DNA from: an uncultured Candidatus Saccharibacteria bacterium
GTDB taxonomy: Bacteria > Patescibacteriota > Minisyncoccia > Phycocordibacterales > EsbW-18
DNA length: 64,000 nucleotides
Reading direction: 5' to 3'
Assembly (NCBI GenBank): GCA_964447415.1
Contig: CAYUSN010000003.1
Span: 5,418-69,417 of the forward strand
The translations under genes and the position numbers were made by a program. Shown here one piece after another: positions 1-7,090 of this stretch. Position 1 is the stretch's first letter, and every line of letters starts with the position of its first letter. The notes under the pieces were generated by a model, which ran no database searches, was not told the DNA's origin, and saw only the letters and a program-made list of their open reading frames with translations.

Positions 1-41
1 CAAATCTAGCCCCAAACGGGGAAAGATGAGGTCGATGCATC

Positions 42-73
42 CTTTCCTGCGCGGAAAGGTCTTTTTTATTTCT
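42..73 (+). terminator. Putative rho-independent terminator of the gene upstream of the window
   Basis: Stem CCTTTCC-tgcgc-GGAAAGG followed by TCTTTTTT, about 15 nt before metK. Confidence 0.4.
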
Positions 74-87
74 TATTTCAAACACAT

Positions 88-1068
88 ATGATTCATACAG
101 CAGAATCAGTTACCCTCGCACATCCCGACAAAGTGTGCGACCAGATATCAGACGCCATCTTAGATGCATGTCTTGCACAGGACCCGTATGCGCGCGTGGC
201 GGTGGAAACCGTCGGCGGGCACGGACTCATTACCATCACGGGGGAGGTGACGACCTCAGCTTCCGTGGACTTCAGAAAAATTGCGGGTGAGGTATACCGC
301 GACTGCGGATACACGACCCCTGTGGGCATCACGGTCAACATCGTGTCGCAAAGCCCTGAGATTGCGCACGGCGTAGACCGAGCAGGAGCAGGGGATCAGG
401 GCATCATGGTGGGCTACGCAACCGATGAAACCCCTGAGCTTATGCCGCTTCCTGTGGTGCTCTCCCGCGCACTTACCCGTGCGATGGGCAGACACGACGG
501 CAAATCGCAGGTGACCGTTGAAAACGGGCGCGTGACACGCGTGCTCACGTCTTTGTGTGAAAGCGGGGATATGAGCGATGTGGCGCTTGAAGAAGCGGTG
601 GCACGCGAGATTGTGCCGCGCTTGGCAGACGGACTCTCACTGCAAGAGGCGTGGATGCGCAATCCCAACGGTTCGTGGAGTATCGGCGGATTTGATGCGG
701 ACACAGGACTCACGGGGCGCAAAATTGCGGTTGATACATACGGACCGACCATTCCCGTGGGAGGCGGTGCGTTTTCGGGAAAGGACGCGACGAAAGTGGA
801 TCGGAGCGCCGCGTACATGGCGCGCAAAATCGCGTGCGGGTATCTGCGCGCGCGAGGTGCGCGGGAAGTGTTTGTGCACCTTGCGTATGCAATCGGTGTC
901 GCAGAGCCCGTGATGGCGGTGGCAACCGTTGACGGCGTGCAGGAGAAAATCGTCGGATACGACCTCACACCGCGCGGCATCATTGAGGCGCTGGACTTGC
1001 GTCGCCCACAATTCCGCGAGACGGCAAAGTACGGCCACTTCGGCAACGGCTTTCTGTGGGATAGGTGA
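88..1068 (+). CDS. metK: S-adenosylmethionine synthetase (short form, 326 aa)
   Basis: GAGDQGIMVGYA signature motif; N-terminal HPDKVCDQISDAILD typical of MetK. Confidence 0.88.
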   Translation: MIHTAESVTLAHPDKVCDQISDAILDACLAQDPYARVAVETVGGHGLITITGEVTTSASVDFRKIAGEVYRDCGYTTPVGITVNIVSQSPEIAHGVDRAGAGDQGIMVGYATDETPELMPLPVVLSRALTRAMGRHDGKSQVTVENGRVTRVLTSLCESGDMSDVALEEAVAREIVPRLADGLSLQEAWMRNPNGSWSIGGFDADTGLTGRKIAVDTYGPTIPVGGGAFSGKDATKVDRSAAYMARKIACGYLRARGAREVFVHLAYAIGVAEPVMAVATVDGVQEKIVGYDLTPRGIIEALDLRRPQFRETAKYGHFGNGFLWDR

Positions 1069-1080
1069 TAAAATAGGAGA

Positions 1081-1539
1081 ATGTCTGAAAAATACTGGCG
1101 AGAAGAGGACAAAAAAGCGCTCCATGCAGCCCGTTCATACGGCGAGCTTTTTGAGGTTGCACGATGTGTTATGGAGCGAATGCCACGTCCTCGCGGACAG
1201 ATGTGTGGCCCGATTTCAACAGGCGGGGCAGGATCGATTGAAGCAAACCTAAAACGTTTTGAAATCGCATACGAGCACGCCTTGAAGCATGGGGTGGAGA
1301 TTTTTGACCAAACACCTTTTGAGCGGCACATTCACCGCATCCAAGAAAACAGCGATGAAGCAAACACATACTCCATGGGTATTCTTGAAGAGTTCTACCT
1401 TCCTATATTTGAAAACAGGCTCGTGGACAAACTTTTTTTCTTGCCCGATTGGCAGACATCACGAGGTGCTTCCTGGGAACACGAGCAGGTGAAGCGTCTG
1501 GGTCTTGAAATCGTCTACCTGCCTGAGGATATGTTCTAG
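1081..1539 (+). CDS. Hypothetical protein, possibly a Rossmann-like nucleoside 2-deoxyribosyltransferase-like (DUF4406-like) fold
   Basis: 152 aa ORF with a glycine-rich loop CGPISTGGAGS near the N-terminus. TGATAAAAT lies 6 nt before the ATG (extended -10, probably leaderless). Confidence 0.5.
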   Translation: MSEKYWREEDKKALHAARSYGELFEVARCVMERMPRPRGQMCGPISTGGAGSIEANLKRFEIAYEHALKHGVEIFDQTPFERHIHRIQENSDEANTYSMGILEEFYLPIFENRLVDKLFFLPDWQTSRGASWEHEQVKRLGLEIVYLPEDMF

Positions 1540-1554
1540 TGATAAAATGAGAGC

Positions 1555-1941
1555 ATGAAAACCATACTCGTTGATGCGGTATACGTGTTTGTAGATAAAG
1601 AGGGGAATATTGATGCGGGGCTCCACAAGCTTTTAGAGACATACCCGAACCGAAAAATTCTGCTCACCGGCGCTGATGATGTGCAGTTCAAAACATGGAA
1701 ACTCGACACAATGCCGTATGAAGTATTCACGCTCAAACATAACACTGAAAAATCAGACCCCGCGTACTATCAAAAGATGCTGGAATATTTCGGTCTCTCC
1801 GCAAACGATGTAGTGTATTTCGAGCACAGCCCCGACGCAGTCAAAAGCGCCGAATCTGTCGGCATTACCACATTTCTCTTCGATCACGAGACGCGGGATA
1901 TGAGCGCTCTCAAAAATTTCTTGGATACGAATTTGGGGTAA
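1555..1941 (+). CDS. HAD-superfamily hydrolase-like small protein
   Basis: 128 aa, begins ILVDAVYVFVDKEG (D-x-V-like motif I region) and has a later conserved D. The same TGATAAAAT-6 nt-ATG arrangement as the preceding gene. Confidence 0.5.
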   Translation: MKTILVDAVYVFVDKEGNIDAGLHKLLETYPNRKILLTGADDVQFKTWKLDTMPYEVFTLKHNTEKSDPAYYQKMLEYFGLSANDVVYFEHSPDAVKSAESVGITTFLFDHETRDMSALKNFLDTNLG

Positions 1942-1950
1942 GATGAACAC

Positions 1951-2484
1951 ATGCGTTATTTTATCGGTTTTCTTATTGAGGGAGAGGCAGGCACGTGGCA
2001 TGAGGCGCTCACCCGCGACATATCCGAGCGCTTCGGCACCCGCAAACTCCACGAGCGCGTGGTCCCGCACATAACTCTCTATAGGCCGTTTGATGCCGAT
2101 GACATCGCGCCTGTTAAAACCCTGCTTCAGTCATGGACAAAGCAGGAGCATGCCCCCGGAACAATTACGCTCTCCGGATTCGGTCACTTCACCGACCGCG
2201 TTGTGTATGCGTCTGTCACACTCGAAGCAAAAGCACAGCAGAACATTCTTGCTCTGCGCAGGGAAATTATGACCCTTCTTCCCAAAGAGGACTTTCCGAA
2301 CTGGGTACCGCACGCAACACTTGCCGATGAGTATGAGACACCGGAGATCATCACCGAAGTATGGGAATATGTGCAAACACTTCCAAAACCTGAATTTACC
2401 GTTCCGTTTAATAACGTCACGCTCTTTCGCAACAGAGCAGGCGGAGGTTGGGATGTAGATGAAATTTTTCAAATTTTGCACTAA
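1951..2484 (+). CDS. 2H phosphoesterase superfamily protein (LigT / 2'-5' RNA ligase-like)
   Basis: Two H-x-T-x motifs (PHITLY and PHATLA) at the expected spacing. TAAGAT lies 6 nt before the ATG. Confidence 0.7.
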   Translation: MRYFIGFLIEGEAGTWHEALTRDISERFGTRKLHERVVPHITLYRPFDADDIAPVKTLLQSWTKQEHAPGTITLSGFGHFTDRVVYASVTLEAKAQQNILALRREIMTLLPKEDFPNWVPHATLADEYETPEIITEVWEYVQTLPKPEFTVPFNNVTLFRNRAGGGWDVDEIFQILH

Positions 2485-2498
2485 CACATTCAACATTT

Positions 2499-2747
2499 AT
2501 GACCACGAGGATTTCAGGAGGTACCGTGCACACACTGCCCGCTGATTTCAAAAAGATGCTTCTTGCGCATCCGAAACTGCACATACTGTGGGAAGACATC
2601 ACGCCCTTGGCGCGCAATGAGTGGATTTGCTGGGTGACATCGGGCAAAAAAGAGGAGACACGGCGCATCCGTATTGAAAAGGCGCGCTCAAAGCTCGCTT
2701 CCGGCATACGCCGCCCGTGTTGCTGGGCAGGGTGTACGCATCGGTAA
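2499..2747 (+). CDS. YdeI/OmpD-associated family protein
   Basis: LARNEWICWVTSGKKEETRRIRIEKARSKLASG matches the conserved core of this family. Confidence 0.55.
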   Translation: MTTRISGGTVHTLPADFKKMLLAHPKLHILWEDITPLARNEWICWVTSGKKEETRRIRIEKARSKLASGIRRPCCWAGCTHR

Positions 2748-2763
2748 TGGTATACTTGAACCC

Positions 2764-3351
2764 ATGGACACAGTTAGTAGAGGACCGGAACAAAAAAAGA
2801 ACCGTACGTTTCTCATTCTCGTGCTTTTTTGGGTGATGTATCTTGCACTGATAAGCCCCCTCGTTCTTGGTAAGCTTGACTATCTTTCATCCGGAAAATT
2901 ATTCCAGTTTGAGGAAACAATTACCGCAGGTCGCGGAGGCACAGCATCTTCTGCTGAAGAAGCGCTGCAATATGCAATCCAAGAGCAGCAAAACAGCATG
3001 CTTTTTTCTCAAAAATATGGATTCTGTGACTCTTTTCTTGAAAGAACCCGACCACTTAATTCGTGTAAGTATGACTGTAAGAACTTCACGATTAGCAAAT
3101 CAGATCCTTCAAACAGCTACTACATGGTAGATTATGAGTGCCAACACACGGTTGTGTTTGACGAGTACCGATATACCCTCTTGTGGGCGACAGTCTTACC
3201 GATACTGATGACGCTGCTTTTCCTTCTGCTTAAAAAAAGAGGTGACCCTCATCTCGTACCAAAAATCATCGCGTTTATCCTCTTCTTTTTGTTTCTTGCA
3301 ATACTGGTTGGTTTCTATTTGGGTGCCTACAAACTATACATTGGCTTCTAA
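2764..3351 (+). CDS. Hypothetical membrane protein
   Basis: Hydrophobic helices at both ends (FLILVLFWVMYLALISPLVL; ILFFLFLAILVGFYLGAY) flank a soluble loop with several Cys. TGgTATACT lies 7 nt before the ATG. The longer track ORF from 2674 overlaps the previous gene. Confidence 0.5.
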   Translation: MDTVSRGPEQKKNRTFLILVLFWVMYLALISPLVLGKLDYLSSGKLFQFEETITAGRGGTASSAEEALQYAIQEQQNSMLFSQKYGFCDSFLERTRPLNSCKYDCKNFTISKSDPSNSYYMVDYECQHTVVFDEYRYTLLWATVLPILMTLLFLLLKKRGDPHLVPKIIAFILFFLFLAILVGFYLGAYKLYIGF

Positions 3352-3384
3352 CATCAATAAAGGTCTTAAAAAAATTCACCAAAC

Positions 3385-3786
3385 ATGAAACCAAATCCTG
3401 TCGTACATTTTGAATTACCCGCAGACAATCGCGAGCGCATGCGCGCCTTTTATGAAAAAACATTCGGCTGGCAGACGCAACAGTTAGGACCTGAGATGGA
3501 GGATTACGTTGTTGTCACGACGACTGAAACGGATGAAAACCGAATGGTAAAAACTCCCGGCACCATCAACGGCGGTTTTTACCAAAGAGACGCGGCGCAG
3601 GGAGCGGTACATCCGTCCGTTGTTATCTCCGTTGCAAACATTACCGAGAGCATGGAACTTGTGAAGAAAAACGGCGGCACCGTCTTAGGTGAACCGATGC
3701 CGATTCCCGGAGTAGGCACGTTTGTATCGTTTACCGACACCGAGAGCAACCGCCTGAGCATCCTCCAACCCAACGAGGGGATGTAG
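3385..3786 (+). CDS. VOC family (glyoxalase/bleomycin-resistance-like) protein
   Basis: 133 aa; HFELPADNRERMRAFYEKTFGW and GGTVLGEPMPIPGVGTFVSFTDTESNRLSIL are typical VOC beta-alpha-beta-beta-beta modules. Confidence 0.7.
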   Translation: MKPNPVVHFELPADNRERMRAFYEKTFGWQTQQLGPEMEDYVVVTTTETDENRMVKTPGTINGGFYQRDAAQGAVHPSVVISVANITESMELVKKNGGTVLGEPMPIPGVGTFVSFTDTESNRLSILQPNEGM

Positions 3787-3812
3787 TGCAAAAAATGCTA
3801 TAGTGACACCAT

Positions 3813-4562
3813 ATGGGTTTTGAATCAGGCCTTGGGTTCGGTCTTCGGCACGAATTACGGCCCCAACTTCGGCTCGAACAAAAACAAGCACTCAAACACC
3901 TGCTTGAGCTACGCCTTACCCTCAGGCATGAAGGTTTTTTTAAAGATGCCGTCCAAGGCATCGAAGGTATGCGAGTTGCCGACGGCATCCTAACCGATCA
4001 AGGATTGCGCGGACTCCTTATTGGGGGTCTCGCAGAAGCTGTTTGGAACCCTCGTCATACACAAAAAGATTTTGACACCCACAAAGATGTTGATGTACTC
4101 GTGGCCGAGTCTCCCGATGTCGGAAAAATCAATCGGCTTCAAGGAGGTGTTGACTGGTGGCTACCACAGGAAGAGTATATGAAAATATACCATCGAGGTG
4201 TTGATTCGACAGAGGAAGGAGTGCGGTGCTTTTGGGAAAATGCATATGGGGTGCGTTTGGCATTCGGTGTGCATAATGACTACTTTAATGATTTTGCGCC
4301 CGGCCTTTATTTGCCAGACCCAAGTTTTGTAATCGGTATGCGGAAAGCGGAGGTGTTCGCAAAAATTAGTACCGAAAAGGTCTCTATTGATTATGATGTA
4401 GAAGAAGCGTTCACAGAAAAACTGGAGAAATCGATTAAGTATGATCGCGCACCGGTCGTCAAAAAAGTGAAGAGTTGGGATGAAGACACGCTTGTGACGG
4501 TAAATGCACTTGACGATTTTGGTCACGAAACGTATGTGGCAATCAATAGTGTTGGAAGATAA
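3813..4562 (+). CDS. Hypothetical protein, possible nucleotidyltransferase fold
   Basis: 249 aa; GGLAEAV...DVDVLVAES loosely resembles the G[GS]...DxD motif of minimal nucleotidyltransferases. This assignment is weak. Confidence 0.4.
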   Translation: MGFESGLGFGLRHELRPQLRLEQKQALKHLLELRLTLRHEGFFKDAVQGIEGMRVADGILTDQGLRGLLIGGLAEAVWNPRHTQKDFDTHKDVDVLVAESPDVGKINRLQGGVDWWLPQEEYMKIYHRGVDSTEEGVRCFWENAYGVRLAFGVHNDYFNDFAPGLYLPDPSFVIGMRKAEVFAKISTEKVSIDYDVEEAFTEKLEKSIKYDRAPVVKKVKSWDEDTLVTVNALDDFGHETYVAINSVGR

Positions 4563-4576
4563 AAAGAATCCCCCGT

Positions 4577-5335
4577 ATGAATCATGACATCGCTTTCAAC
4601 GCCGGTGAATACGACGCGCATGCACAGGAGTGGGAAGAATCACTCAAAACAAACATTGCGCACAAGTACATGGAAAAACCCGCCATGGAGGCACTGCTTC
4701 CGGCAGACCTCACCGGTATGTCGGTGCTGTGTATCGGCGTGGGAAGCGGAGAAGAGTTAGAGGAAATACAAAAGAGAGGAGCGGGGAAGATTGTCGGCAT
4801 CGATATTTCGGAGCAATTGCTCGCATCCGCCCGTACGAAATTTCCTCAGGCGGAGTTTTTCATGTTAGACATGATGAATGTCGGCATATCATTTGAAAAA
4901 GAATCGTTTGATATTGTGTATTCAAGTTTGGCATTTCACTACTCTCCCGACTGGGACACCCTGCTTTCGGGCATCCATGCCGTGTTGAAGCCGCAAGGAA
5001 TGCTTGTGTTTTCGACACACCACCCGACGTACTGGGGAACAAAGGAGACGGACGGAACATTTGCTGAAAACGCCCGCGGAGTAAAGCTCACCAAACACAC
5101 GGCGATGCTGGGAAACATCAGGATTTTGTACTACAACCACCCGAATGAAGAATCCATCATTGAAAGCGTGCGGTATGCCGGCTTTAAAAACATTTCGTAT
5201 CACGTTCCGAAAGTCGTTGATATTTCCGAGGACCACAGAAGAAACATGGGCGCCGACGAACTGCAAAAATACGAAACGTTGAAAGAAAAAAGTATTGCGC
5301 GGAACCTTTTTCTTGTTGTCCGCGCGGAGAAATAA
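4577..5335 (+). CDS. Class I SAM-dependent methyltransferase
   Basis: VLCIGVGSGEE (motif I) followed by GIDISEQLL and the acidic FFMLDMMNV region. Confidence 0.75.
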   Translation: MNHDIAFNAGEYDAHAQEWEESLKTNIAHKYMEKPAMEALLPADLTGMSVLCIGVGSGEELEEIQKRGAGKIVGIDISEQLLASARTKFPQAEFFMLDMMNVGISFEKESFDIVYSSLAFHYSPDWDTLLSGIHAVLKPQGMLVFSTHHPTYWGTKETDGTFAENARGVKLTKHTAMLGNIRILYYNHPNEESIIESVRYAGFKNISYHVPKVVDISEDHRRNMGADELQKYETLKEKSIARNLFLVVRAEK

Positions 5336-5351
5336 TTTATACTAATTGTCT

Positions 5352-5397
5352 TCGTGACACGATTTTACTACATCAGTCTCACGACACGATTTTACTA
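5352..5397. promoter_or_regulatory. Two 19-nt direct repeats (TCGTGACACGATTTTACTA / TCACGACACGATTTTACTA), candidate operator upstream of the serine hydrolase gene
   Basis: Repeats start at 5352 and 5379 (27 bp apart); a third partial copy TTTATACTA lies at 5337. The second repeat ends 6 nt before the ATG at 5404. Confidence 0.35.
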
Positions 5398-5403
5398 AAT
5401 CGC

Positions 5404-5988
5404 ATGAAACAGGTCATCATCGTCCACGGGTGGGAGGGAAATCCGAATGAACCCGCACTGCAGTGGCTCAAAGGAAAATTGGAGGAAAAGGGTGTGTCGG
5501 TCACTGTGCCGGCAATGCCTGATCCAAGTGCGCCAAAAATCGAACCGTGGGTGGCAAAACTTGCGGAAGTATCTGTGTGTGGCCCCAACACTGTATTTGT
5601 CGGTCACAGCGTCGGTTGTCAGGCGGTGCTGCGCTTCCTGCAGACACTTTCGGAAGAACCGCAGGCGGCGGGTATTGTGTTATTGGCACCGTGGATGGAA
5701 TTGGATATGGAAACCATCAAAGAGGAGGGTCCCGAATCAGAAGCAATCGCGCGTCCGTGGGTGGAAACACCGATTGATTTTGCAAGAATCAAAAAACAGG
5801 TGGGGAAGACGGTTGCCATTTTTTCCGATGACGACGTCTTCGTTCCGTTGACGCAAAAAGACTTGTTTGAGAAAGCGTTAAACGCAGACACCGTCGTTGA
5901 ACACGAGCAGGGACACTTCAGTGTGAGCGAGGGGATTGTTGAGATTCCCGCAGTTCTGCGTGCTGTCGAAAAAATTCTCGGAATATAA
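5404..5988 (+). CDS. Alpha/beta serine hydrolase (RBBP9/YdeN-like Ser_hydrolase family)
   Basis: GHSVG nucleophile elbow, about 190 aa, IVHGW near the N-terminus. Confidence 0.7.
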   Translation: MKQVIIVHGWEGNPNEPALQWLKGKLEEKGVSVTVPAMPDPSAPKIEPWVAKLAEVSVCGPNTVFVGHSVGCQAVLRFLQTLSEEPQAAGIVLLAPWMELDMETIKEEGPESEAIARPWVETPIDFARIKKQVGKTVAIFSDDDVFVPLTQKDLFEKALNADTVVEHEQGHFSVSEGIVEIPAVLRAVEKILGI

Positions 5989-6023
5989 GTGCTACAAAAG
6001 AGGCGAGAGCGCCCGGAAACTAC

Positions 6024-6051
6024 TTGACTTTTTGTTTATTTCTGCTATAAT
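6024..6051 (+). promoter_or_regulatory. Near-consensus sigma70 promoter (TTGACT, 16-nt spacer, TATAAT)
   Basis: TTGACT at 6024-6029 and TATAAT at 6046-6051. A perfect 7-bp hairpin (GACCGCA-catttt-TGCGGTC, 6089-6108) follows in the 5'UTR, then SD AAGGAG. Confidence 0.6.
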
Positions 6052-6135
6052 AGCAAAGGATAGTCAAGGAACGCTCTTTGACTCGGGCGACCGCACATTT
6101 TTGCGGTCATCATAGACTAGATAAGGAGAAACCGA

Positions 6136-6459
6136 ATGAAGATTCGCATGCTGGTGGTGTTCGTCCTCGTCCTCGCGTCCTTCGGGACGCCGATGCAGGC
6201 GACGGATGTCGCCACCTCCATCGAGATCCTCCCGCTGGGAGCCGGTCTGGACAGGGTCATGTTGACCCCGGACTACTTCACTCGGGTCGGCGACGTCAGC
6301 TTTTATGGCTTCGTCGAGTACTCGGGTGAAGCCGGCGGATGGTACACCAACCATTCGGCGACGTGGCTCCCGGGTGGTTCCTGGATCGGTCTTCGGGCCG
6401 AGGTTGAGGTTGCCGGCAGCGATCGCACGGTGCGGTTCGGCGCTCGCAAGGTGTTCTAG
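6136..6459 (+). CDS. Small secreted protein (signal peptide) of unknown function in GC-rich islet A
   Basis: 107 aa with N-terminal MKIRMLVVFVLVLASFGTPMQA. SD AAGGAG lies 8 nt upstream. Roughly 62% GC with G/C in most third positions, unlike flanking genes. Ends ...RKVF (C-terminal Phe). Confidence 0.55.
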   Translation: MKIRMLVVFVLVLASFGTPMQATDVATSIEILPLGAGLDRVMLTPDYFTRVGDVSFYGFVEYSGEAGGWYTNHSATWLPGGSWIGLRAEVEVAGSDRTVRFGARKVF

Positions 6460-6503
6460 TTCTCCCAACCACAACCTTCGAAAGGAGGTTCGAGGAAAAA
6501 ACA

Positions 6504-6548
6504 AGCCGCCGAAAGAGTCGTCACTCTTCTCGGCGGCTCTTTCGTTTC
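6504..6548 (+). terminator. Rho-independent terminator
   Basis: 14-bp interrupted stem AGCCGCCGAAAGAG...CTCTTCTCGGCGGCT followed by CTTTCGTTTCT. Confidence 0.6.
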
Positions 6549-6664
6549 TAAGTAAATACGCCCGAGACGTGTTGTTAGAAAACACTTGCACGCGCACACA
6601 AGCATCCGTACACTGCTATACGGACGGACGCGCAATTCCGCGCACCTGACGAAGGGAGCACCTC

Positions 6665-6787
6665 ATGCGTAAGGCACGGCAGGGTCGCAACCGCCACTGC
6701 AAGAGGCTGTCGCTGCGGTTCTTTCTCCAGAACCGCTGGCCCAACCACCGGCGGGTGATCCTCGCTCTGCGGTGCAAGTTCGCCTGA
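6665..6787 (+). CDS. 40-aa arginine/lysine-rich peptide (not in the ORF track), islet A
   Basis: MRKARQGRNRHCKRLSLRFFLQNRWPNHRRVILALRCKFA. Own promoter-like TTGCAC-17-TACACT (6586-6614), SD GGGAG 6 nt upstream and own terminator. Confidence 0.35.
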   Translation: MRKARQGRNRHCKRLSLRFFLQNRWPNHRRVILALRCKFA

Positions 6788-6813
6788 ACGCGAACAAGAA
6801 AGACGTTTTTACA

Positions 6814-6847
6814 GGGGGCGCCACCACGGCGCCCCGCTTGTTTTTTT
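6814..6847 (+). terminator. Rho-independent terminator
   Basis: GGGGGCGCC-accac-GGCGCCCC followed by GCTTGTTTTTTT. Confidence 0.6.
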
Positions 6848-6877
6848 ACGTTACGACCGTATACTGAAAGAGTAGCG

Positions 6878-7068
6878 ATGACGCCGATAACACGGCCGAG
6901 CTTAGGGGAAGAACCTCCGCCCATAACGGAGCAGTAGAACCTCTCGGGTGCGCCCGACACAGCGCGCAATGAAGACAGAAGTGAGGTGGCACCGCGGTCT
7001 CATGATCGCCCTTACACATTCAGCAGACCTGCACGGTTTGGTGGATTGGTAAGGGTGATTTTTCGTTT
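6878..7068 (+). promoter_or_regulatory. T-box-like riboswitch leader of aspS (putative promoter TTGTTT-16-TATACT at 6838-6865)
   Basis: AGAAGUGAGGUGGCACCGCGG (6977-6997) matches the T-box consensus AAnnnGGGUGGnACCGCG. The UGGC bulge would pair with a G73 tRNA such as tRNA-Asp. An 11-bp terminator stem ATCGCCCTTAC...GTAAGGGTGAT plus TTTTCGTTT follows. GAC triplets are present in the putative stem I. Confidence 0.5.
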
Positions 7069-7090
7069 ATACTTAACAGTACGTACACAT

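Noticed and set aside
414-1331. 305-aa minus-strand ORF antisense to metK, and several other 60-160 aa ORFs on both strands across 93-1252.
   Set aside because: They fully overlap the well-supported metK coding frame and show no family similarity. They are the usual antisense open frames in moderately GC-rich DNA.
6986-7090. 5' extension of the aspS ORF (MAPRSHDRPY...) starting at 6986.
   Set aside because: It runs through the T-box-like leader and terminator. The AspRS homology begins at MNNRIYIKDL (7091).
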